From positions 1-64,000 of the forward strand of contig JABIHA010000086.1 in the NCBI GenBank assembly GCA_018649885.1: a DNA stretch of 64,000 nucleotides. The letters are read 5' to 3'. This DNA is from Bacteriovoracaceae bacterium (GTDB taxonomy: Bacteria > Bdellovibrionota > Bacteriovoracia > Bacteriovoracales > Bacteriovoracaceae). The notes under the pieces were generated by a model. That model made no database searches, was not told the DNA's origin, and saw only the letters and a program-made list of their open reading frames with translations. The position numbers were made by a program, and so were the translations under genes. Shown one piece after another: positions 49,045 through 57,855 of this stretch; positions within the stretch are counted from its first letter, which is position 1; each line of letters starts with the position of its first letter.

Positions 49045-49799
49045 TGAGAATGCCAGGTGGTCAGGCCTTTCACGCTCCTCCATTAACCCCCCTTAACAGG
49101 GCCTTAATCATTGCGATTATTGGCCTCTTTGTACTAGATTCCATGACTAAAATGGCATCTGGTGTTAGCTTGGCCTCCATATTTGGCCTTTTTCCTGGTC
49201 GTTTTTTGGAAGGCCATATTTACCAACTTATTACTTACCCTTTTTTTAACACCCACCTTTTAGGTGTTATTTTTAACTGCCTGCTTCTTTGGTTTTTGGG
49301 AACAGATGTGGAACACCGCTTGGGACAGAAGCGCTATATCATGCTGATGCTCGTTTCCATTATTGGCGCTGGGATAGTCTATATTTTCATGGCCAGTTTT
49401 TTGTTCAAAAGCTTTCTTTTTATTCCGCTAATGGGCATGTCGGGAGCCATTTTCTCTCTGGTTTTAGTCTATGGAATAAATAACCCCGATACCTACTTCT
49501 CGTTTATGTTCCTATTTCCCATTAAGGCCAGATATGTGTTGTGTTTCTACGTCATGATGGAGCTATATTCGGCGATTTTCTCTCCTATGGGGAAAGCTGC
49601 TTGGGCCCATCTCGGGGCCATGGCCTTTGGATTTATGTACCTAAAGATGCCAGATCTAGATCTTTTTTCGAAGTTATTTAAGAAAAATGGCCGGAAACCT
49701 GGTGGTGGGAAGAAAAAAAGACGCGATGGTCCAGGTTTATATATCGTCAAAGATGGCGAAGGAGAGGCAGACAAAAAAGATCCTAGATACTGGCAGTAG
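49044..49799 (+). CDS. Rhomboid family intramembrane serine protease
   Basis: YQL.TY.F, FN.L.LW..G, GMSG catalytic Ser, AHLG catalytic His. Confidence 0.9.
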   Translation: MRMPGGQAFHAPPLTPLNRALIIAIIGLFVLDSMTKMASGVSLASIFGLFPGRFLEGHIYQLITYPFFNTHLLGVIFNCLLLWFLGTDVEHRLGQKRYIMLMLVSIIGAGIVYIFMASFLFKSFLFIPLMGMSGAIFSLVLVYGINNPDTYFSFMFLFPIKARYVLCFYVMMELYSAIFSPMGKAAWAHLGAMAFGFMYLKMPDLDLFSKLFKKNGRKPGGGKKKRRDGPGLYIVKDGEGEADKKDPRYWQ

Positions 49800-49877
49800 A
49801 TTTTGGCTGACATTTTTGGAAACTATGTGGTAGTTTGTTGCACCTCGTAAGTTAAAAACCTAGTCTGTGGAGAGATA

Positions 49878-50078
49878 ATGAAGCTTGCTAAAGCATTGAG
49901 TGACAAAACATATGATATTAGGCTTCGCCAAAAACTCTTGGGAGAGGGAAAGCTGGACAAGGCTGAACTCAATAAATATCTAGAAGGCTTAGAAGACGAT
50001 GCTGGTAAATGTGAAGATTTAAATGCAGTTGTCGCTGCCACAGTCAGTGAGCCAGCTCCAAATAATACAGATTACTGA
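49878..50078 (+). CDS. Small hypothetical protein
   Basis: 66-aa ORF with GGAGAG RBS and protein-like composition. Confidence 0.7.
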   Translation: MKLAKALSDKTYDIRLRQKLLGEGKLDKAELNKYLEGLEDDAGKCEDLNAVVAATVSEPAPNNTDY

Positions 50079-50542
50079 ATAACGAATTTTGTAAAAAAGA
50101 TTCTTTTGATCACCTGCTTGTCGAGCTGGTCATTTACAACACGTTTAATTTTATCTTCTAATAAGATTCTTCCCGCAACAGAGTTTAAATCTTTTGGTTC
50201 CATCTTGCCGGTTATATCTATTATTGAATCGAGAACCATTGCTTTATTTTCTTTTAGAAGTTCCAAAAACTCTTTTCTAAATGGCAGCATGTGCATTTCC
50301 ACATCTAAAAACCTAAGCTTGGTATGCCTGGCCTGAAGATTAATAGTAAAGCTATCGAGTTTAAAAGTTTCAGAGAAAACCATCTTTTTTGCAGTATCTT
50401 TTAGCTTATCGTATCCCTCAATGTCGGTGGGAAGCTTGCGGCTATCAATGAAATTACTCCAAGCAAAAACACCTATACCTGCAGCCACCAGGGTGAGATT
50501 GAGGGCAGAGACAATGAGATCTGTGGTTTTATTACCAGTCAT
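50072..50542 (-). CDS. fliL: Flagellar basal body-associated FliL family protein
   Basis: N-terminal TM; F.INL, G…L…I…VN, I.FT.FVIQ. Confidence 0.85.
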   Translation of the reverse strand: MTGNKTTDLIVSALNLTLVAAGIGVFAWSNFIDSRKLPTDIEGYDKLKDTAKKMVFSETFKLDSFTINLQARHTKLRFLDVEMHMLPFRKEFLELLKENKAMVLDSIIDITGKMEPKDLNSVAGRILLEDKIKRVVNDQLDKQVIKRIFFTKFVIQ

Positions 50543-50854
50543 GACACCATTTTATCAGATAATTTAACTGGGTGAAATGGGGAGAAATAGGTTTGAGTTT
50601 AGATGACGGAAATGATCAGGCACTGGTCGACTATCCACTGTCTGTAGTAATTATAACCATAAAAAACCAGCGGAAGCGCCTCAACGGTCGAGATTAGGAC
50701 GATCACCATAATGCCACATAAAAGTTAGTAATTCCCTGCCATGAGCTCCTCATTCCATGATGGGTAAAATAGTAGTGTGGTTTTCTTTTTTGATGCAACT
50801 ACAGATAGATTTATTCCTTCTCCTGAAGGTTCCAAATTCTTCAATCTATTGCCT

Positions 50855-52681
50855 TTATTTTAGAACGGCATTACAACTAGGTTTTGGGTCACATACAAAA
50901 ATGCTATCAAACTCTAGTCCTAAATATAAAAGTCGAAGGATTCTTTCTTGGCCCATGGAGTGAGTAAATCCAATTCTATCTTCTTTCTTTTTTAAAGGCT
51001 CTAACTCAGCTCCAAAAATTGATCTTTTTCCAGGGTGGCAAAAACTATGTATCAGTGGCGCCATAGAGTTCACCGTCATGGGCGCCTTTTTACTTCGCTG
51101 AGAAAGGTTGGCCCCAAAAAAATCTCCCAAGTCTTCATAAAATGACAAAGAGTCTTTTTCTATCTCCTGCTGACAAATTGAAACAATTTTTTTATAACTT
51201 ACAAAAGTCGAAGGTGACAGGATGTTTTTTTTTCCATCTTTAGTGATGACTCCTTTTTTTGGGTTCATCAACTTTCCTATGGCATGAGACATTTCATGAG
51301 ATAGTGTCAAAATCAAATTATCTGTATATCCATTTTTAAAATCTTTTATCAGCTGATAACCAAGCAAAATCGAATTACTTTCATTTGCATAGAAGGCTTG
51401 GGTACTATCCACAGGCAAATCTCTAGCGTATTTGCCTGCACTGCCTGTTGGCTCTCCAGTGAAAGTGGCAAGACTCATATCATCGATAATTTTATCAATT
51501 GTTTCAATACTATGTGAGGAGGCCCGGTTTTGAAGTAGCGGAGAAAGAGCAGCTGGGATATTATCAATTCCATTTAACATGACAGTAAACTCACTTCTCA
51601 CTATTTTTTTAAGCGAACTCTTAAGATCCTCATTGAAAATTCTTCTTATTTCAGCTATCGAATCAGCCGTATCAACTGAATCTTTTAAGGGGTACTCTTG
51701 TTTTATTTTCTTTCCACATAGTTTGTGTAAATTGCCAATCATACTATTAAAAGGAGCACCGAATACTTTTTGATCAAAGCCGAGATACTCAGAGTGAGTC
51801 ATCTTAGAGATTTGAACAATAGATTTCAGATTTTTTAAAAGATTTCTATAAATTGTTTCTGCACTCGTTGAAAAACTATACTTAAGTTTAATCGCAGATA
51901 AGTATTCATGGTAGGTTATCGTTTTTTTATCCGTGAAATATTCTGAAACATCAGCAATATGGGAAAGCTCAATTTCGCCGTCTACGACATTTTCACAATT
52001 AGCTACGATCTTGCTATAGATCAATTCGACTTTGGGATGCATTATCCCAAATGAAGTCATTTCATCTAAAAATTCAGATTTTTTCGACACTTCATCTATC
52101 CCACTTGATTCACAAATCTTTTCAAATGTACTGGGTGCTCCACTCCTGGAAATAAAAGGATAGCTCCCAGGCCTTGAAAAATAACTTAGATAGGGTGAAA
52201 GCAACTTATAATCTTCAATTTTCACATTTTTTAAATCATCGCTAGAGTTAATATCAAAAATATTGTATCCAACAATTTCTATATTATTAGCTACAGATGT
52301 ATCAAGTGTTCCATAGGAACGCGACTGTGATAAAACTCTTTGATACTCAGATGAAAAAAAGAGATCCTTTTTCTCGCTCAAACTTAAGGCATCAATGTCT
52401 AAATTCTCAATTTCTTCCAAAGTCTTGGGGTTTTCGAATAACTTTCCAAAGACTCTTTTTTGGCATTTTTTAAAAGTCCTCTCAACTTCTTTTTCATTTT
52501 TGCTCAAGTATTGTTCAAAATAATTGGTTGGAGTAAAATTTGCGTCGATTTCTTGACAGATTTCATCTACTTTATCAACACAACCCTGCGGAATTTGAGA
52601 TTCAGGACAAATCCCCATACCATTTTCAATAAAAATAGAAAAAAGGGTCAAAATGAAAGAGCTTCTATACATAAGGGCCAT
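50855..52681 (-). CDS. Secreted protein with M13-like zinc metallopeptidase motifs
   Basis: QAFY, HEMSH, EDLGD..G, HS….RI in M13 order. Confidence 0.6.
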   Translation of the reverse strand: MALMYRSSFILTLFSIFIENGMGICPESQIPQGCVDKVDEICQEIDANFTPTNYFEQYLSKNEKEVERTFKKCQKRVFGKLFENPKTLEEIENLDIDALSLSEKKDLFFSSEYQRVLSQSRSYGTLDTSVANNIEIVGYNIFDINSSDDLKNVKIEDYKLLSPYLSYFSRPGSYPFISRSGAPSTFEKICESSGIDEVSKKSEFLDEMTSFGIMHPKVELIYSKIVANCENVVDGEIELSHIADVSEYFTDKKTITYHEYLSAIKLKYSFSTSAETIYRNLLKNLKSIVQISKMTHSEYLGFDQKVFGAPFNSMIGNLHKLCGKKIKQEYPLKDSVDTADSIAEIRRIFNEDLKSSLKKIVRSEFTVMLNGIDNIPAALSPLLQNRASSHSIETIDKIIDDMSLATFTGEPTGSAGKYARDLPVDSTQAFYANESNSILLGYQLIKDFKNGYTDNLILTLSHEMSHAIGKLMNPKKGVITKDGKKNILSPSTFVSYKKIVSICQQEIEKDSLSFYEDLGDFFGANLSQRSKKAPMTVNSMAPLIHSFCHPGKRSIFGAELEPLKKKEDRIGFTHSMGQERILRLLYLGLEFDSIFVCDPKPSCNAVLK

Positions 52682-53123
52682 TCGGCTAATTAGCGGTATT
52701 ATTTACTAATCTTGACTATCAAATAGAAGGAGATACATTCATGCATGAAGGTTCCAACACATCTCGAAGTTGGCCTCGTAAAGTCCAAAGGCTATCTGTA
52801 GCAATTTTAATACCCTGCCCAGCAAAAGTCAGGACTCTCTTAATTTCTTTATTTGATGCAATTACAGATAGGTATTAGTCTTCAAGCCTCCCCATTTAAA
52901 CCCCAAATACGATAACTCAAACTTAATACTCAAGGTGGGGCTTATGTTTCTCGTGGCCTCTAACTACTTGAAAAGTAGTGCATTTGTGACGAATCACTAC
53001 GAAATGCAGACCCTGATCATTAAGAATTAATTAACAAGAGGAGAGGGCTTACATAATTGATTGTGCGATGCGTTGCACTGCATTAATATTCCTCCACATT
53101 AAACAACTTTTTAAAATCACTGC

Positions 53124-55763
53124 TTGGGGGCAACTATTAAAAATCTATTGGCCATTTTCATATGTTTAAATCTGCTTGGGACACATGCCCTCGCAAGTAC
53201 TGTGGAAACTGGCGCAGAATTAGACACAGAGCTTGTCTCAGATATCTATTTAAATGAAGATCTATTAGACGAACGCACAAAAGTGGCAGATCGCTTCCAT
53301 CAAAGAGCAGGAAGAGTCACATGCCAATTCGTTGATAGTGAAATTAGAAAAATTAGATTGAAAAAAAGAGAACAGATCAACGCGGAAATTCAAAATTCAA
53401 TAGATGCCATTGAAGTGAGTATTGAGTCTTTGAAAAAACTGAAGACTAAAGCTTCAAGAAGAAAAATTAAAGAGCATAGAGCAGTTGTTGTTAAATTTAA
53501 GACAATGAAAAAAGACCCAAGTCTTGCTATTAACCTAGTTAAAGGACTTGAAAGTATTTGTCTTGCCATGAGTAGACCTGCAGTAGAGCTTGTAAAAGCT
53601 GGCTCAATGCTCAACTCAGTGGCATTTAACTCGGTGGCACTACCAATAGTTTCTACATACAAATTTTTTAGAGCTCTTGGCACAGGAAGTGTTAAAACTC
53701 AGGGAAATAGTATTTTGTATGCTGCCTTAGGCCCTCAAAATAGTGCTGTTCCATATGCTCTTAGTAGTATTGCTGGGCTGGGTGTTGGTGTACTACTAAA
53801 TTCCAGTCCTATCAGCTTGGCCATGAGCGGATCTTTTACAGTGGAAATGCTTCTCAATTACCATTGCGAAAATAACAATCTCTACAATCAGTCCGACAAA
53901 AAGTTTTGTGATGACTACCACGCACTTCGTGATGCCTATTCACAAATGAGCTCTGATGCAGAAGCGGCGGGACTCAAACTTAGAAAGCTAATTGATAAGG
54001 GAATTATCAAACACCACGGTGATAAAATATCAAAGAAGTTGTGCACTAAAAATGAATTAGCTCAAACAAGATATGCAAAACGTGTTTATGAGAGAAGTAG
54101 TGAATTAATAAAGCAAGAAATAATTGAAAAATTTGAAATAGAGTTAGAAGCCTTCACGATCATTTTACCTGACTCAAAAAACAAATGTGTGAAATTTCTT
54201 ATTTCACCTCAAATTTCAGCTAATCCGACTGAGCAAGATTTAGCGCAATTTGAAAGTGAAAAAAGAAAACTTCATGAGTGGGGAAGAGTAGCGATTGAAG
54301 GTATTAAGCTTCTCATTGGTAGTACCAGGGAAGTCGAATTTAGCTATGATAACGCTGATGGTGAAAAGTCCACCTCTACAGAAACTCATATATATTATGG
54401 AAATGCTCAGGGAGATGAGGAAGTTCAACTTGAAAAGGATCATGCAAGTGATTTTTTTGATCTATCAAGAGAAGAACAATTTTGCGGTCAATTCAGAAGA
54501 TTGAAGCAGCAGCGAATCTTTCAAAATAAGCTCTTTTTACTTGAGCAAAGTCTAACGGTGATGCTTGCTCCACAATATGTTGCAAAACCTGAAATACACA
54601 AAATCATCATTCCAGATGAGAATGTCTACAAAGCAAATTTAAAATTAGACAAAAAATTAAAGGGTCTAAGAAATATAATATTATCAGTTGGTCATACTGA
54701 GAGCAAAAAACGTGAATTTCAAGAGTTAGGTGGCAAGAGCTTTATAAAAAAGCAAAGAAAACAGTTGAGACTAGAGCTAAAAGGATTGGTGCCTCGAATC
54801 CGAAAATTACAGAGAATTTCAAAAATTGGTAATTATCAAAAATGTGTAGAAAAGTTAAATGCCATAGAATTTGATTTAGAAGAGTATATTGAAGAGGTCA
54901 AAGATTATTCAAATAGAAAAAATGAATTTAAAAAAAGTCCATTGGTCACACAACTTGCTGAACACGGGGTTGTTAAAAGTCAGTTTATGATCTCAAAAAT
55001 CCATTTGTCTTTAAAGTGGGAATTAATTGAAACAAATTCAATCTTTGAACTTGATAGGCTTCTTAAATCAGGTGATATTGGAAATATCATTATTATCTCC
55101 CATGGAAGAGATGATGGACACCTTGTTGATAGTGACAAAAATGAGCTTCCCACAAAGTTCTTCTCCCAAATTTCTCCCTCTATTGCGTCTATTAATTTCT
55201 ATTCTTGCCACTCACAGCATATTAACAAACTGTACAAAATAGTTGAAAAACTAAAGAGCACTCCAAGTTTTCATAAACTCAGATCTTTCACCAATGTGGC
55301 CTACAATAACTTATTAAATGGAGATGAATACGCACCCATATCAGCTTTTGGGCACTACTTAGTTAAGCTCGATAAATATTTAAAAAACGGAAATGCTGGA
55401 ACTTATTTATTCCAAGAAGTTTTTAGTGAAAGTCTTGAACCATTTAAAATTCCCAAAAAGTGCAGTCTTAATACCTCTGATATTCATGTAACTAATGGCG
55501 CCTTTGGAATTGTCTTGAATGGAAATTATATTGGCGCAATTGGAATGACAAGTGAGAGTGGTCTTATTGAATATGATTGCTCTTACTTGAAGCTAGAGAA
55601 AAATAAATTAACCATCCAATCATTAGGACTTAGAAAGTATTCACAGTCAAAAGGGCAAATTGAGAATTCCAATGACTTTAATATAACCATTAATGGCAGA
55701 GTTCTGAGTATTGCTAAAGATGGAAAAAACTATAGTGACTCAATATATATTTTTAAATTTTAA
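53124..55763 (+). CDS. Large hypothetical secreted protein
   Basis: 879-aa ORF, signal peptide; IIISHG…FYSCH motif pair near the C-terminus. Confidence 0.75.
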   Translation: MGATIKNLLAIFICLNLLGTHALASTVETGAELDTELVSDIYLNEDLLDERTKVADRFHQRAGRVTCQFVDSEIRKIRLKKREQINAEIQNSIDAIEVSIESLKKLKTKASRRKIKEHRAVVVKFKTMKKDPSLAINLVKGLESICLAMSRPAVELVKAGSMLNSVAFNSVALPIVSTYKFFRALGTGSVKTQGNSILYAALGPQNSAVPYALSSIAGLGVGVLLNSSPISLAMSGSFTVEMLLNYHCENNNLYNQSDKKFCDDYHALRDAYSQMSSDAEAAGLKLRKLIDKGIIKHHGDKISKKLCTKNELAQTRYAKRVYERSSELIKQEIIEKFEIELEAFTIILPDSKNKCVKFLISPQISANPTEQDLAQFESEKRKLHEWGRVAIEGIKLLIGSTREVEFSYDNADGEKSTSTETHIYYGNAQGDEEVQLEKDHASDFFDLSREEQFCGQFRRLKQQRIFQNKLFLLEQSLTVMLAPQYVAKPEIHKIIIPDENVYKANLKLDKKLKGLRNIILSVGHTESKKREFQELGGKSFIKKQRKQLRLELKGLVPRIRKLQRISKIGNYQKCVEKLNAIEFDLEEYIEEVKDYSNRKNEFKKSPLVTQLAEHGVVKSQFMISKIHLSLKWELIETNSIFELDRLLKSGDIGNIIIISHGRDDGHLVDSDKNELPTKFFSQISPSIASINFYSCHSQHINKLYKIVEKLKSTPSFHKLRSFTNVAYNNLLNGDEYAPISAFGHYLVKLDKYLKNGNAGTYLFQEVFSESLEPFKIPKKCSLNTSDIHVTNGAFGIVLNGNYIGAIGMTSESGLIEYDCSYLKLEKNKLTIQSLGLRKYSQSKGQIENSNDFNITINGRVLSIAKDGKNYSDSIYIFKF

Positions 55764-55814
55764 CAAAATAAGCTCGAAAACAATTTAGCGAACCACACAA
55801 ACAAGGATGTAACT

Positions 55815-56195
55815 ATGAAAAAGTTTTTAGTAACACTCTCACTTTGTCTTTCATTTTTTTCAGGCACTGCTCATTCGTCGATTGTATTGATGGCAAGTGG
55901 ATTGACCGTTTTTACAGCGGGTACAATAAAAAGTGGAGGGTATGGAGTTGATCCATCTGCTGCTATTGGTTTGGGAACTTTGTTTGGAGGTATAGTAGTA
56001 GGCAGTGCAACGATATTTTCACCTCACTCGACTCATAGTAAATTTATAGCGCTTTTAGTTCTCAACGAGGATGGGGTGAGGAAAATCAGCACAAAAAATC
56101 TTGATGAAGCCGCAATTCCTATTTTGCAAAATGCAATAAAAGATAACTATTCAGAGCAAGAGATGAGAGATCTAGTCAAAGAATTATCAAACTAA
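55815..56195 (+). CDS. Hypothetical secreted/membrane protein
   Basis: 126-aa ORF, AAGGA RBS, signal peptide. Confidence 0.7.
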   Translation: MKKFLVTLSLCLSFFSGTAHSSIVLMASGLTVFTAGTIKSGGYGVDPSAAIGLGTLFGGIVVGSATIFSPHSTHSKFIALLVLNEDGVRKISTKNLDEAAIPILQNAIKDNYSEQEMRDLVKELSN

Positions 56196-56318
56196 AAAGA
56201 CTAAAGGCCATCTATAGCAATTCAAATACCCTGCCCAGCAAAAGTTCTGAGGTGAAATGTGAAGATTCATTTTGATATTTGTTGAAGAGTTTTTTACACC
56301 AAGTAGACATTAGGATAT

Positions 56319-56993
56319 CTAAAGAATTCTCCAGTCCACAATATTTTTTCCATGAGTTTTTAAATAGGCATTAGTTTTAGAGAAGTGCTTATTGCCATAA
56401 AAACGATGGGCCGAAAATGGTGATGGGTGGGCAGACTCTAAGACTAAGTGCTTAGAACGGTCTATTTTCTCACCCTTTTTCTGGGCATCTCTCCCCCAAA
56501 GTATAAATACTAGGTGCTCATTTTCTTGGCTTAAATAATCAATTACGGCATCAGTAAATTGCTCCCATCCCTTACCTCGATGTGAGCCGGCATTAGATTT
56601 TTCAACTGTTAAAACTGCATTTAGAAGAAGCACTCCTTGCCCTGCCCATGATTCTAAAAAGCCATGATCAGGTGGATTTAATCCCAGATCGGTGTGCATT
56701 TCTTTATATATATTTTTTAGAGATGGTGGAGGCCTTACACCGCGTTTTACGGAGAAGCAAAGGCCATGTGCCTGATCAGGACCGTGGTAAGGGTCTTGGC
56801 CTATAATTACAACCTTCACCTTATCCAGTGGGCATAGGTTAAAGGCACTAAATATCTCACTGCCATGGGGATAGATGGTTTTCCCCTTTTCGATTTCACT
56901 TGTTAAAAAGCTTTTTAGATTTTTAAGAACCTCTGAATTTAGGATCTCTTTTAATGGTTCTTTCCAGGTTTTATCTATATTTACTCTTTTCAC
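56319..56993 (-). CDS. ung: Uracil-DNA glycosylase (family 1)
   Basis: GQDPYH, PPSL.NI, LLLN.VLTV, HPSP.S. Confidence 0.97.
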   Translation of the reverse strand: MKRVNIDKTWKEPLKEILNSEVLKNLKSFLTSEIEKGKTIYPHGSEIFSAFNLCPLDKVKVVIIGQDPYHGPDQAHGLCFSVKRGVRPPPSLKNIYKEMHTDLGLNPPDHGFLESWAGQGVLLLNAVLTVEKSNAGSHRGKGWEQFTDAVIDYLSQENEHLVFILWGRDAQKKGEKIDRSKHLVLESAHPSPFSAHRFYGNKHFSKTNAYLKTHGKNIVDWRIL

Positions 56994-57814
56994 TAATAAA
57001 CCCTCGCACTTGCTTGCATAATTGAGTCATAAAAAACAGCGTTGGGGTCAAAGGCAACATTTTTAAGCTCTCGTTGGGCACCCTCAACAATTTCTTCTGT
57101 TACAACACCAGCTTCCAGAAGCTGATCTTTTGCACTTAAAAGTAGCTCTGCCCAAAACTCAATATATTCTTTTCTTTTTGAGGGAAGGCGGTTGTCGAAA
57201 TGCCAGGTTTTTACATTGGTCTGGATATCTTTATAACCTTGAGCTGTTAATAAATTTCCAAGTTTAGCGCCTATAAATGGGTCACCCCCATTATCGTATT
57301 GATAGTCATTAAATGCCATCCACAATTTCCAAACGTTGGGAGAGTAGGGGTCTAGAAAGAATGTGTGGTTCATAACTTCTGTAAGATAAATCACGCCGCC
57401 CGGTTTGAGCACTCTTCTTATTTCCGCTAGCACTTTTTCTGGACTGGGGATGTGTTCTAGTACCCAGCACAAAAAAGCGCCATCAAATGAGTTGGATTCA
57501 AATTCCAGGTTAACAGCATTCATTTTAGATAATTTATATCTACCTTTAAATTCTTTGAATTGATCCAAATGCTGCTTTGCTGCGGAGAGCTGTTTCTTGT
57601 TAAGATCAATACTCTGAGTCTTAATGCAGGGAAAACGTCTAAGCAGTATTTCGGTTTGGGCCCCTACTCCACATCCAACTTCTAGGACATTTTTGCAATC
57701 GCTGAAGTTGATATCCCGGTAGAGGGTTTGTTCAGCAAAGCGTGCTTGCCTTCTTAAGCGGTCTTGCTCAATTGGTGAAAATCCGTGCTGATAGGGAAAG
57801 CTTTTTTTCTTCAT
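56993..57814 (-). CDS. Class I SAM-dependent methyltransferase
   Basis: VLEVGCGVG, SFD, VLEH, RVLKPGG. Confidence 0.9.
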   Translation of the reverse strand: MKKKSFPYQHGFSPIEQDRLRRQARFAEQTLYRDINFSDCKNVLEVGCGVGAQTEILLRRFPCIKTQSIDLNKKQLSAAKQHLDQFKEFKGRYKLSKMNAVNLEFESNSFDGAFLCWVLEHIPSPEKVLAEIRRVLKPGGVIYLTEVMNHTFFLDPYSPNVWKLWMAFNDYQYDNGGDPFIGAKLGNLLTAQGYKDIQTNVKTWHFDNRLPSKRKEYIEFWAELLLSAKDQLLEAGVVTEEIVEGAQRELKNVAFDPNAVFYDSIMQASARVY

Positions 57815-57855
57815 GGGCGAGAGTATAGCGCCAATTTAGCGTTCTTAAAAGTCGT

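Larger units (their letters stand above)
52787..56245. repeat. 43-bp direct repeats (52787-52829 and 56203-56245) bracketing two genes
   Basis: AAAGGCYATCTRTAGCAATTYWAATACCCTGCCCAGCAAAAGT; 39 of 43 positions identical by eye. Confidence 0.85.
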
